A program made the position numbers and the translations under genes. Below the pieces are notes generated by a model. The model did not search any database. It was not told the origin of the DNA and was given only the letters and a program-made list of their open reading frames with translations. DNA of 51,700 bases from Candidatus Woesearchaeota archaeon (lineage in GTDB: Archaea > Nanobdellota > Nanobdellia > Woesearchaeales > JAAOYA01): assembly GCA_018221105.1 (NCBI GenBank), contig JAAOYA010000002.1, positions 1 through 51,700 of the forward strand. The letters are read 5' to 3'. Positions 19,755 to 30,333 of the stretch are shown in pieces. The stretch's first letter is position 1. Every line of letters begins with the position of its first letter.

Positions 19755-20939
19755 ATGAGGGGGGATGTCACACCGCTAAAAGGTGTTTTTGTTTTTTCAG
19801 CAACAATAATCGGAGCTGGAATACTAGCACTACCATTAGTTGCCGCTGGCTCCGGACTAATACCATTAATTCTAGTGTTAATTGTTATTGGAGTCGTAAG
19901 TATTTTTTCAGCATTATACATTGCAGAAACAGTTCTAAACACTAAAGGAGATCATCATCTGCCAACTCTTGCAAAAGAACACCTAGGAAAAAATGGTTTT
20001 TACTTGATGCTACTTGGAATAATAATTTACATATACGGTGCACTAACAGGATATTTATCGATAGGAGGCCAAATGTTCAATTTTTTATTTGGCATTCCAT
20101 TATGGCAAGGAATGATAATATATTTTCTAATAGCAAGCATCATAGTGCACTTAGGACTAAAAATTATCAGTTATGTTGAAACATACCTGTTTATACTAAT
20201 GCTTTTTTTGATTGGAGCAATACTTATTATAGCATTGCCAAAAGTTCACGTACCATTATTAGTGCAAGCTAATTGGAGTTCTACTTTAAGCGTTTTTGGA
20301 GTAGTGTTATTCGCATATGTTGGCCATAGTGTGATACCATCAATTGCTGACGGACTAAAAAATAAAAAAGACATAAATAAAGTGGCAGTGTGGGGGGTTC
20401 TAATACCATTAATATTGTATGTTTTATGGTCTATTGCTGTTATTGGGAACGTACCGCCAATAGCGCCAGAAGGCTTGCCATCACTAAGCGCTGCGGCAGC
20501 TAGCGGTCAGCCAGCAACAACACCTTTAGGGGTAATGGTTGGTGGTAGTATAATACTTTTGGGATCGATATTTGCAGTGCTGTCAACAATGACAGCGTAT
20601 ATTGGTTTTGGTTTTAGCCTAAAAGACGTTTACGCAGATACTGCACAAAGCCTAAAACAAAAAATTAGCAATATTACCACAACACTAGCAGTTGTAATAC
20701 CGCCACTAATAATAGCAATGTTCAATCCAGAAGGTTTTCTAGACGCACTAAAAATTGCTGGCACTTACGGTGGAGGATTATTTGTTGGAATACTACCGGT
20801 GCTGATAGTAATACAATCAAGAAAAAATAACAAAAAAAACAAAAAAATAATCACTTGGGGCGGCCAATGGATGCCATACTTGGTACTAAGCATTTATTTG
20901 ATAGGAATGTTATACACCACGATAAAACTATTTTTTTAA
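19755..20939 (+). CDS. Aromatic/hydroxy amino acid permease (HAAAP, TyrP/Mtr-like)
   Basis: ATIIGAGILALP, FAYVGHSVIPSI, ~11 TMs. Confidence 0.85.
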   Translation: MRGDVTPLKGVFVFSATIIGAGILALPLVAAGSGLIPLILVLIVIGVVSIFSALYIAETVLNTKGDHHLPTLAKEHLGKNGFYLMLLGIIIYIYGALTGYLSIGGQMFNFLFGIPLWQGMIIYFLIASIIVHLGLKIISYVETYLFILMLFLIGAILIIALPKVHVPLLVQANWSSTLSVFGVVLFAYVGHSVIPSIADGLKNKKDINKVAVWGVLIPLILYVLWSIAVIGNVPPIAPEGLPSLSAAAASGQPATTPLGVMVGGSIILLGSIFAVLSTMTAYIGFGFSLKDVYADTAQSLKQKISNITTTLAVVIPPLIIAMFNPEGFLDALKIAGTYGGGLFVGILPVLIVIQSRKNNKKNKKIITWGGQWMPYLVLSIYLIGMLYTTIKLFF

Positions 20940-20950
20940 TTATCAATATA

Positions 20951-22705
20951 TTAACTATAATATAATTTGCCGCTAGCTTTTTGTTCTCTGTCTTTTTGAC
21001 TTTGTGGTTTGTTAGCCCTGGGCCTAAAACTTTCTTCATCACGCCTAAATGTAATGTCAAGACCTTGCAAGAATTTATTCATACCATCATCGAGCGAATA
21101 TGGTCCTGTTACAATTCCATTAACTGCTGGAGTACCCTCAAAGACTAGCAGTTCTTCTGACAAATAATCAATAAACAATAAATCATGATCAACAATCAAA
21201 GCACTAGTACCATTTAATTCCATCAAATCACGAATAAGCTTTGAGACCAGTAATCGTTGTTCAACATCTAAGTAAGCCGAAGGTTCATCTAAAAGGTAAA
21301 GGTCTGCATCTTGGCTTAGACAATGCGCTATGGCAACACGTTGCAATTGACCACCCGATAATTCATCAAGCTTTTTTTCAAATAATTCTTTCAAACCTAG
21401 AGGGGTGATTAGTTTATTCTCATATTTAGCGATAGCATTTTGTAGTACATTAACAACGAGTTCATCACTTTTTTTAAGGTATTGTGCTTTGTACGCAACA
21501 CTAACTTGCTCGCTTACAACTCCTCCGTCAGGATTTTCAGTTTTTGCTAACAGTTTTACAAAACTAGTCTTACCAATACCATTTTCTCCCAAAACTCCTA
21601 TTGTATAACCTTTTTTAATCTCGCCACTACTTGCTTGAAGCTTAAAATTACCAAGTGTTTTTTTAATGTCTTGCCAAGAAGAAATAACTTCAGTTTCGAT
21701 TTTTGTGCTTTTAGCCCTTGGCTCAAACTTTATTGCTTTGTCACGAAAGCGAACATTTTCTTCTTTTAGAAAACCTTCAAGGTACAAGTTAAGACCAACC
21801 CGCGTACTTTTTGGTTGGCTTACAATACCAAAAGCATCCTCTTTACCGTACAATAAATGAATATTATCTGCCAAATAATCTAATATTATCAAATCATGCT
21901 CTACGACCATGATGGCAGTATTCTCGTCGGCCAGCGAGCGTATAAACTTACTGATTTTTAGACGTTGCTTGATATCAAGATAGCTTGTTGGCTCATCAAA
22001 AAAATACACATTGGCTTTTTTTAATACAGTGGCTGCAATTGCAACACGTTGCAATTCACCACCACTAATATTTTTAATATCACTATCAAGTATTTTTTCA
22101 AGCTCTAAAACATTACTAATTTTTTCAAGCTCTTTTCTCTCATCAACATGTTGCAACAATTCTTTTACAGTACCACTAAACTGTTCACTAATAAGATCGA
22201 CATGTTGTGGTTTGTAAGAAATAACAATTTGACCATCACGAACTTTCTCAAAATAACCCTGGGCTTCACTACCCTTAAAATAATCTAAAACAGCGCTAAA
22301 ATCTTGCTCTTGCTCACTGCCAAGATTAGGCTTTAGCACGCCAGCAAGAATTTGAACTGCTGTACTTTTTCCAATACCGTTACGACCCACCAACCCAATA
22401 ACTTTTGAAAATTGTGGTATTGGCAAGTTATACAAGTGAAAACCATTACGTCCATAGCGGTGAATTGGAGTCTTATCTAATTCTTGTGGCAAGTTAATAA
22501 TACTAATAGCACCAGTAGGACACTTTTTTGGACAAATACCGCAACCATTACAAAGTGTTTCGTCAATAATCGGCTTTGAATCTTCGCCCTTAACAATACA
22601 TTCCTGGCCCATTCTATTAACAGGACAAACTTTAATACAAGTATAATCGCTGCGCCCAGGATTACACTTATCCTTTCTAAGTACTGCTATTCTAGTCATA
22701 ATCAA
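20951..22705 (-). CDS. ABCE1: Ribosome recycling ATPase ABCE1/Rli1
   Basis: N-terminal Fe-S domain, two ABC domains (GRNGIGKST, GENGIGKT, SGGELQR), ITFRRD...RPRANK...DREQK. Confidence 0.97.
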   Translation of the reverse strand: MIMTRIAVLRKDKCNPGRSDYTCIKVCPVNRMGQECIVKGEDSKPIIDETLCNGCGICPKKCPTGAISIINLPQELDKTPIHRYGRNGFHLYNLPIPQFSKVIGLVGRNGIGKSTAVQILAGVLKPNLGSEQEQDFSAVLDYFKGSEAQGYFEKVRDGQIVISYKPQHVDLISEQFSGTVKELLQHVDERKELEKISNVLELEKILDSDIKNISGGELQRVAIAATVLKKANVYFFDEPTSYLDIKQRLKISKFIRSLADENTAIMVVEHDLIILDYLADNIHLLYGKEDAFGIVSQPKSTRVGLNLYLEGFLKEENVRFRDKAIKFEPRAKSTKIETEVISSWQDIKKTLGNFKLQASSGEIKKGYTIGVLGENGIGKTSFVKLLAKTENPDGGVVSEQVSVAYKAQYLKKSDELVVNVLQNAIAKYENKLITPLGLKELFEKKLDELSGGQLQRVAIAHCLSQDADLYLLDEPSAYLDVEQRLLVSKLIRDLMELNGTSALIVDHDLLFIDYLSEELLVFEGTPAVNGIVTGPYSLDDGMNKFLQGLDITFRRDEESFRPRANKPQSQKDREQKASGKLYYS

Positions 22706-22830
22706 TAAGAATTACACTGTTTTTTTAAAGTTTTACCAATAATCGTCAATTAAAACAACAAATTATTTAAAAGATTCACGACAAATAACAGTATATTAGT
22801 TAGTTGAAACTATAAAAAAGAGGTAATTGT

Positions 22831-23856
22831 ATGGAGCAAGAACAAAAAAGTAGTAGTGACAAGCCTACAGGCCACTCACCGAAATTTTTTGAAGCAATAA
22901 AATTTTGTTCGACCATCTTTAATGATATTAGAAAAGAGTTAGCAACTATTGTAGTAGGACAACGAGAAGTTGTTGACACAATGATACTAGCATTGCTCTG
23001 CAACGGTCACTGTCTTGTAGAAGGAGTTCCAGGAATTGGTAAAACACTATTAATAAGAGCATTTTCAAAAATTTTGGGTTGTGAATACTCTAGAATTCAA
23101 TTCACACCAGACTTACTACCATCAGACATTATAGGAATAACAGCCTATGACGAAAAACAAGGCTTTTACGTTGTAAAAGGGCCTATATTTGCTAATTTTA
23201 TTCTGGCCGACGAGATTAATAGGGCCCCGCCAAAAGTACAAAGCGCTTTACTTGAAGGAATGCAAGAGCATCAAGTCACAATTGGAAAACAAAACTTTAA
23301 ACTACCAAAACCATTTTTTGTAATGGCAACACAAAACCCTCTTGAAAGTTTGGGAACTTATACTTTGCCAGAAGCACAGATTGACAGATTTTTGTTTAAA
23401 CTAAAAATGGGTTATCCACAAATTGGTGAAGAAGCAGAAATACTAAACAAAAACATGACAATATTCAACTTTGACGATTATAAATTGGCAGCAATACTAG
23501 ATCCGCATCGCATTAATAGCATGCAAACATTTGTAAAAAATATTTACTTAGACAAAAAAGTAGAAGATTATATAGTGCGATTAATTGAGTGCACAAGAAA
23601 CTCAAAAAAGTATGATATTAAACTTGGAGAATACATACAGTACGGATCATCGCCAAGAGGAACAATCTCACTTTTTATCGCTTCAAAAGCTAACGCACTA
23701 TTAAATGGTCGTGAGTATGTAACACCACACGATGTTAAAGAAATAGCTCATGTTACACTGCGCCATAGAATAATACTAAATTATGAAGGGCAAGCAGAAG
23801 AAGTAGATGTTGATACTATAATTGATGAAATATTATCCAAAGTGCCAATACACTGA
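22831..23856 (+). CDS. moxR: MoxR-family AAA+ ATPase
   Basis: EGVPGIGKT, RIQFTPDLLPSD, ADEINRAPPKVQSALLE, ATQNP, LPEAQIDRF; GAGGT SD. Confidence 0.96.
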   Translation: MEQEQKSSSDKPTGHSPKFFEAIKFCSTIFNDIRKELATIVVGQREVVDTMILALLCNGHCLVEGVPGIGKTLLIRAFSKILGCEYSRIQFTPDLLPSDIIGITAYDEKQGFYVVKGPIFANFILADEINRAPPKVQSALLEGMQEHQVTIGKQNFKLPKPFFVMATQNPLESLGTYTLPEAQIDRFLFKLKMGYPQIGEEAEILNKNMTIFNFDDYKLAAILDPHRINSMQTFVKNIYLDKKVEDYIVRLIECTRNSKKYDIKLGEYIQYGSSPRGTISLFIASKANALLNGREYVTPHDVKEIAHVTLRHRIILNYEGQAEEVDVDTIIDEILSKVPIH

Positions 23857-23876
23857 ACATATCGTATTATACTAAA

Positions 23877-24773
23877 ATGAAGCTTAAAGAATTTAAAGCA
23901 AACTTAAACCCTCAAAGTTCTAAATACAATTTTAGCACTCACAAAAATGTCTTAAACAAGTTATTAGTCGGTACAATGGCAAGCCTGTTCAAAAATAAAG
24001 GTTTTGAATTTGAAGATTACAGAAAATACACTGCTGCAGATGACGCTTCAAGAATTGATTGGAAAGCAACACTGCGAGCCGGAACACTGCTAATTCGCGA
24101 AACAATAGAAGAAAAAGCAGTCAACGTACTATTTTTAGTGGACGTTTCAGATAGTATGCTGTTCTCATCAGGTGATAAACTAAAATGCGAGTACACAGCA
24201 GAAATAATATCAGGATTAGCATTTGCAATACTGCGTGAAGGAAACGCCGTAGGACTGGTAATGTTCAATGACAAAATAGTCAAAAGCATGCAACCAAAAG
24301 TTGGTAGTGGACAATACTATGACATCATAAGAGAACTGTCAAACCCGAAAAATTATGGTGGCAAGTGCGATTTGAAAAATGCAATAAAAAACAGTTTAGC
24401 ACTATTAAAAGTGCCCTCGCTAGTAGTTATACTGTCAGATTTTATTGATGTAGCTGAAGGCTGGGAAAAATTCGTACAAGTAGTAAGTTTCAAATATGAT
24501 GTTATGGGATTTATAATTCGTGACTTGCGCGACAGAATACTACCAAAAGATCTTGGATATTTTGTGTTAGAAGATCCAACAACCAAGAAAAAAATAGTTG
24601 CTGACACTAAAGAATTTCACAAAAAATACAATACTGCTGTCATAGAAGAAGAAAAATACTTGGATCAAGCTTTCAAGAAAGCGAAATCTGATTGTATAAT
24701 ATTGCAAACAGACCAAGAATTTTTCAATCCGCTAATAAGATTTTTAGAAAAAAGGGCACGCATAAAAATATAA
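23877..24773 (+). CDS. DUF58-family protein (MoxR partner)
   Basis: GFEFEDYRKY...DDASRIDWKAT, DVSDSM, ILSDF. Confidence 0.92.
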   Translation: MKLKEFKANLNPQSSKYNFSTHKNVLNKLLVGTMASLFKNKGFEFEDYRKYTAADDASRIDWKATLRAGTLLIRETIEEKAVNVLFLVDVSDSMLFSSGDKLKCEYTAEIISGLAFAILREGNAVGLVMFNDKIVKSMQPKVGSGQYYDIIRELSNPKNYGGKCDLKNAIKNSLALLKVPSLVVILSDFIDVAEGWEKFVQVVSFKYDVMGFIIRDLRDRILPKDLGYFVLEDPTTKKKIVADTKEFHKKYNTAVIEEEKYLDQAFKKAKSDCIILQTDQEFFNPLIRFLEKRARIKI

Positions 24774-24774
24774 A

Positions 24775-25728
24775 ATGGCGCTTGAATTTAACATCACTTT
24801 TGGCAATAAACAGTTCTTAATATTTTTTGCACTGATACCGCTAATAGTGTTCTTGCATTTTTACTTTTTGCGCCACTCAAAAAAAAGAGCTTTAAAATTT
24901 GGCAATTTTAATGCAATGCGAAGAGTACAAGGACATAATATAGTATCAAAAAATTTAACACCACTATTTTTTTTACTCATAATCGTGACACTGCTCATTT
25001 TTGCCCTATCACAAGCAACTTTTTGGTTTAAAACATCTGTTAGCAGCACAGACTACATGATACTTTTAGATTCTGGAGCTAGCATGAACGCAAGAGACCT
25101 AACGCCTGACCGCTACACTATAGCAAAACAAATAGCCGTTGATTTAGTTACTGACCTGCAAGGTTCAAAAATAGGCTTTTTAAGTTTTGGAGGTACAATG
25201 CTAGAGCATAGCGCTCCAACAACTGACAAAACAAAACTATTAAACTTGATAGAAAACGCTAAGATTTCCAATACTGGTACAGACCTTGGACAAGCACTAA
25301 TTTTTGGAGCAGAACAATTTCGTGATTCTAATAATTCAAGAGTGATAATATTGCTCTCAGATGGTCATGATACTGTCGGAATACCATTAGCTACAGGTCT
25401 TAACGTGGCACAAGAAGAACACGTAAAAATTTTTAGTGTTGGCATTGGAAGTGTTGAAGGAGGAAATTTTTTAAACGTTCCCGAAAGCCAAGGACTAATA
25501 TCAAAACTTAACGAAAAAAATCTTCAAACATTATCAAATGCTACACAGTCACAATACATTAACATCAATAGTGTAGAAACAATGGGTCTTGCAACATCAA
25601 TGCTGAGAGTTGATGTTCAAGAAGGCTATGTTCGCTATGAGACTACCGCAACATTATTAATACTAGTTATTACAATAATATTTTTTGAGTGGGTGCTTCA
25701 TAACACTCGTTTTAGAATATTTCCGTAA
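24775..25728 (+). CDS. BatA-like membrane vWA-domain protein
   Basis: Two N-terminal TMs, LLDSGASM, APTTD, GTDLG, ILLSDG, SVGIGS, C-terminal TM. Confidence 0.88.
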   Translation: MALEFNITFGNKQFLIFFALIPLIVFLHFYFLRHSKKRALKFGNFNAMRRVQGHNIVSKNLTPLFFLLIIVTLLIFALSQATFWFKTSVSSTDYMILLDSGASMNARDLTPDRYTIAKQIAVDLVTDLQGSKIGFLSFGGTMLEHSAPTTDKTKLLNLIENAKISNTGTDLGQALIFGAEQFRDSNNSRVIILLSDGHDTVGIPLATGLNVAQEEHVKIFSVGIGSVEGGNFLNVPESQGLISKLNEKNLQTLSNATQSQYININSVETMGLATSMLRVDVQEGYVRYETTATLLILVITIIFFEWVLHNTRFRIFP

Positions 25729-25731
25729 ACG

Positions 25732-26688
25732 ATGAGCAAAACAAAAAATTATCGGGAGTTAGAAAAGCAAGAAACACAAATTTTTAATGATATGATTGCA
25801 AAAATTGACAAGTTAACAAACAATGTTGAAGTTGTAGAAAAGAAAATTGTGTACCAAGAATTAAAAAAAGCAATCATTGAATACTTCACTAGATTGTTAA
25901 AAACTGCCGATTCTATGACTGAACAAGAACTTGTAGAAAAGTTTGGAACATTAAATGTTAAAAGCGATACCATTGACAAAGCACAACGTTTGTTTGCGTA
26001 TATGTTAAACATTGATTATAATAATGCCAGTTATCAAAAAGAAGACTTGTATCACTTGCTTGAAGAAATGCACCAAGTAATAGAGCAAATTTATATTCAA
26101 ACAAAGGCTAGCACTTTATCAAAAGAAGAAAAACTGGCTAAAGCAAAACAACCATTAATTATTAAAAAATTTCAAGGAGTACTTGCAAAAATAAAAAAAT
26201 CTTACAAAACAAAAAATGTTATTTCAAGAGAGTTGACAATCAAAGCAACAGAGTATTACAATTTATTATCGCAAGAGAACAAAAAAAAATATGAGTCGGA
26301 CTTTCACTATTATTGCACTAACTTACCCTATATTTTAGAATTATTGCAAAAAGCTAAAGAAATGAAAGAAAACCAAGAAGAACTGCATCAATTAATTGCA
26401 AAGATTAACAAAGTATTTCTAAAAATTCCGTCAGAAGAGCAAGAAGGTCTCAGTTGGCAAATACTAAAAGCTATTGATTCTTCAGAACAAAAACTCAATG
26501 CATACTTAATGCTTGGCTATAACTATATCCACTCAAAAAAATTCAATGACGCTCGAGAACTATATGCTGAGATGATAAAATATTATAATAATTTGGAAGA
26601 GAAGAAGAAGAAATATTATTATAATCTGCTAACACGTTTTCTAGAGCATTATACTAAAGCGATAAATAAAGCAAGCGCACAAAACTAA
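25732..26688 (+). CDS. Cytoplasmic alpha-helical protein, last gene of the MoxR operon
   Basis: 3 nt after vWA gene; charged helical sequence; N-terminal domain resembles the cytoplasmic tail of 30317..32284. Confidence 0.7.
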   Translation: MSKTKNYRELEKQETQIFNDMIAKIDKLTNNVEVVEKKIVYQELKKAIIEYFTRLLKTADSMTEQELVEKFGTLNVKSDTIDKAQRLFAYMLNIDYNNASYQKEDLYHLLEEMHQVIEQIYIQTKASTLSKEEKLAKAKQPLIIKKFQGVLAKIKKSYKTKNVISRELTIKATEYYNLLSQENKKKYESDFHYYCTNLPYILELLQKAKEMKENQEELHQLIAKINKVFLKIPSEEQEGLSWQILKAIDSSEQKLNAYLMLGYNYIHSKKFNDARELYAEMIKYYNNLEEKKKKYYYNLLTRFLEHYTKAINKASAQN

Positions 26689-26712
26689 AATTATTTTTCC
26701 CTTCTTTTATCG

Positions 26713-29700
26713 TTATTCTTGTCGTTTGTTAGTATAATACAATGAAAATAGTACTCCGCCAATACTAAAAATTAAAATTGTAATAACTGATAAGTAAATT
26801 TTACTGTTGCTTTTAACTTTTGACCAACTGACTTTTATGATGCTTGGATTTTCTTGTATTAGTTCTTTTTGAGAGGTCAAATATCTGCAAGTTTGAATAA
26901 GCTCATCAAGTTTTTGTTGTGCAACAGTGTAGTCTTGTTCTTCAATATCAATTTGCACTTCACCAAGCATTTCATTGAGCTCTAAACATTCAGTATTAGT
27001 ACTTAATAGATCGCGTGCATAACTAATCTTTGTTCTGGTGGCGCTTTTCGCATCACCTTCTTTTTCAATACTGCCAACAACAATTAGTGCGCTATCAGTA
27101 AACGCTGGATTGCGAACTTTTGCTTGTATTGTAACCTCATAAGTTCCTTGAGTTCTATAAGAGCCAATAATAAGTTCAGTGCTCGCAGTTTTTCCTACTG
27201 TTAAACGTTCAATTGTCTCATTGGTAAAACTAAAGTTCAACTCTGTATTTTGTGAAGTCGCACTTAGTGTAATGCCATACAATGTACCAGTACCATTGTT
27301 TTTGATGTTTATTGGAACAATAGCTGTCTCGTTTTCATACAGGCTAACAGCTTGCGGTACTAAAATGTCTAAATTAACAATCTTTTCAACATCGTACTGG
27401 TAATATTCTGGTTTTGTTTTAGTTCTTGTGACAATTTGAATTACTACTTCTGGTTGTGTAACAGGAGTATAATTTATTGTGAATTCTACAGGATTTGTTG
27501 TTACAAGATTATAACCGTCATTTGCGCTAAAAGTGTAGCGTACAGTGCCACTTGTCAGCGGAGTGAAAGTTACAGTGTTACCAATAATTAAAATATCTAA
27601 ACTGCTTAATTGTCCAGAATAATACGTGTAAGAGTAATTCAAGCTTGTAGTCTCGTTTAAGTCTAATTGACCATTACCGTCTAAGTCATCATCAGCGTCA
27701 TAGAACACTCCGCTAACATTGTTAAATGGTAAGTATAAACCGTTAGGGTATGTGGTGGTGGAGGTGATTGTGAGGTTCGCAGGGTCCCCCACATAAATCA
27801 CCGGCCTATTAATATTTGCTATGCTTAGGTTCCACAAAAAAACAGCAAAGCCGTATTTATCATCCTCCACACGTAAAGAAATATTATGTCTTCCAGAACT
27901 TGCAAAAGTAAAATAATGATTGTAATCATGAGTTGTTGCTACTAAATTGCCATCGTAATACCAAAAATAACTGAGCGTTTCATTAGGCTCAGGATTGGTT
28001 GTAGAATGGTTAAAAAGTATTGTAGCACTTTCACTAACATTTATGTCAGTGTAGCCTTGAGGGTAAAGGGTTGTGTTTACCCAACTAAAGTTTGTTGGAG
28101 TCGCGTGAGGTGTGATGTTTTCAATTGTTGGATTAGCGCTTTGCGGGTAAATCGTAAAATTAATTTCTTGCCAGTCAACAAGATCTTGACTGTCATTGAC
28201 GCCAAGTCTAATAGTGTAATTGCCAATTTGACTAACTAGTGGTGTGAAATTAATGTTTGCTGTTGTGTTGGACGTTTTTGTAACATTAAAAAAATGTGTT
28301 AGTCCACTAGTATCATTAATCCAACTAACCCAAAAAGTAAGATTTTCATAAGAGTTTACAAGCGCTAAGTCTTCATCACTAGCAGTGATGTCATAATAGA
28401 AAGGGTAATTGACAACAACCACTGGAAAACTAATGGTGTTGAGCACCGGAGCATCATTGACATTAAATATTTCTAAACTGAAAGTGTTTTCATCATAAGT
28501 TGTTAAAGTATCAGTAGCGCGTATAGTTATGGTGTGATTTCCAACCATTGATTGATTAGTCAAAAAATCAATAAGTCCTGTGCTTGGATTAATAGTGAAA
28601 TTGTTAACTGTAGTATTATAAACAGAGTAAGTTATAGTGTCGCCTTCATTGTCTGTTGCGTTAACATCATAGTATAATGTTTGTTTTTCATTGATTGTAA
28701 AATTAGGGGTTATAGGACTAATGATTGGAGCAGTATTATTTCTGATAAACAACACAAGAGTTTTGACGGCTGACTTGCCTTCATCGTCACTAACATTAAT
28801 TTCAATATAATGTGTTTTGTTTGCAACACTGGAGTTTGGAGTAAACATAATCAACCCAGTGGTTGTGTTAATATCAAAAAGTGTAGTGTTGTCTGTTGCG
28901 GTCAGTGTTTCTCCTTGATATGTTAGGTTATCAACATCACTAAAATTAACACGATAACGAAATTCTATCATGGCATAAGCTGTTTGATTAGTAATATTAG
29001 TAACATTGAAAGTGTTAATGCCATAATAACTATCATCGAAAATTTGTGGAATGTCATTAGCATTAGTCAAGTTAAGAGTTAAATTTTGAGAATAAGTTGT
29101 TACCTTAGTATCAGTTACACTAAAGCGAATTTGACGACACACAACATGATCATTAGTTAGAGTTTGACTTATTTGGCCAACAGCGTTAGCGGAATTGTTG
29201 ATTGTTGTTGTGATACTCCACGGGTCTGATAGTGGACAACCAATCGCTTCAACATCAAAGCTTAAAGTGTCATTGACATCAATATCTGTAGCATTAACTT
29301 GCATTGTATACAAGTTTCCTTGCGTTGCACTAACATTTTGAATATAGGTAAAGAATGGATAGTGATTAATGCTGTCAACTTGCAAGTTAAAAGTATCTTG
29401 GCGCATAGTGCCGTTAGCATCACTTATATTAATTGTTATAACATGCACTCCAACATCGCCAAAAACTGGAGTAAAATAAAGTTTGGCACTTGTGCCGCTC
29501 AAAATTGTTATGTTAAGACCTAAACCGTCACTTCCAATAAGACCATTATCATCAATTATCGTAAAATTTAATGGATAATCAGTTTCCTCGTCGGTTGCGT
29601 TAATAGTATATTCGAATAAACTATCTTCAGTAGCGGTCTTGTCTGTTAGTGCAGGGTTGAACACTGGAGCATCATTTACAAAAACTATAGTTATTGAAAA

Positions 29701-30333
29701 CACTAAAGCGTCAATTCCTAAGTCGCTCAAATAATTATCATGGACGAAAAAAGTGACGTTATTATCGTTTGCATCAGTGTGTTGCGGGGTCCAACTAAAA
29801 ATGCCTGCAGAAGTTACCGTAGCGTTTATTGAATTATCAAAAAAGTATGTTAATGTATCGCCGTCATTGTCTGTTGCGTTAAGATAGAAATCATAAGTTG
29901 AATCTTCATACATTGTTGTGGAGTTACCAAAAGCATAATTATTTGATTGATTATACATTGCAAGGCTTACGGGGTCAGCATTTTTAATTTGCACAGTGGC
30001 ATTTTCTCTAGTTGTTGCTGTTGTATTGGTGATTGTCACTTGACAAGTCCAAGTTTGACTTCTTTTGGTGTACTGTTTTTCTAAAATTTTAGAGCCGCCA
30101 ACAACACCGATGTGCAAACGAAAAAACACGCTGTTGTTATACCATGTCACATTAGTTTGAGTGGTATCGCCAGAAGCAGACCAAGTACAAATAATATCTT
30201 CATCACTTTTTGTGTTATTATCAATGTTTGGAGGCGTAATAAAAGTTAATGCTTGAACTATAAAAACTAGCAAAAAAACAATTATTATAATTGCTAATAG
30301 TGTTACAATATTCTTTTTATTTTTTGTTGACAT
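26713..30333 (-). CDS. Membrane-anchored surface protein with tandem cadherin/Ig-like repeats
   Basis: Signal peptide; repeated (V)NDAP...NATDxD/ExDTL(T/S)Y units; CARDB-like and helical domains; C-terminal TM; many N-x-S/T sequons. Confidence 0.85.
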   Translation of the reverse strand: MSTKNKKNIVTLLAIIIIVFLLVFIVQALTFITPPNIDNNTKSDEDIICTWSASGDTTQTNVTWYNNSVFFRLHIGVVGGSKILEKQYTKRSQTWTCQVTITNTTATTRENATVQIKNADPVSLAMYNQSNNYAFGNSTTMYEDSTYDFYLNATDNDGDTLTYFFDNSINATVTSAGIFSWTPQHTDANDNNVTFFVHDNYLSDLGIDALVFSITIVFVNDAPVFNPALTDKTATEDSLFEYTINATDEETDYPLNFTIIDDNGLIGSDGLGLNITILSGTSAKLYFTPVFGDVGVHVITINISDANGTMRQDTFNLQVDSINHYPFFTYIQNVSATQGNLYTMQVNATDIDVNDTLSFDVEAIGCPLSDPWSITTTINNSANAVGQISQTLTNDHVVCRQIRFSVTDTKVTTYSQNLTLNLTNANDIPQIFDDSYYGINTFNVTNITNQTAYAMIEFRYRVNFSDVDNLTYQGETLTATDNTTLFDINTTTGLIMFTPNSSVANKTHYIEINVSDDEGKSAVKTLVLFIRNNTAPIISPITPNFTINEKQTLYYDVNATDNEGDTITYSVYNTTVNNFTINPSTGLIDFLTNQSMVGNHTITIRATDTLTTYDENTFSLEIFNVNDAPVLNTISFPVVVVNYPFYYDITASDEDLALVNSYENLTFWVSWINDTSGLTHFFNVTKTSNTTANINFTPLVSQIGNYTIRLGVNDSQDLVDWQEINFTIYPQSANPTIENITPHATPTNFSWVNTTLYPQGYTDINVSESATILFNHSTTNPEPNETLSYFWYYDGNLVATTHDYNHYFTFASSGRHNISLRVEDDKYGFAVFLWNLSIANINRPVIYVGDPANLTITSTTTYPNGLYLPFNNVSGVFYDADDDLDGNGQLDLNETTSLNYSYTYYSGQLSSLDILIIGNTVTFTPLTSGTVRYTFSANDGYNLVTTNPVEFTINYTPVTQPEVVIQIVTRTKTKPEYYQYDVEKIVNLDILVPQAVSLYENETAIVPINIKNNGTGTLYGITLSATSQNTELNFSFTNETIERLTVGKTASTELIIGSYRTQGTYEVTIQAKVRNPAFTDSALIVVGSIEKEGDAKSATRTKISYARDLLSTNTECLELNEMLGEVQIDIEEQDYTVAQQKLDELIQTCRYLTSQKELIQENPSIIKVSWSKVKSNSKIYLSVITILIFSIGGVLFSLYYTNKRQE

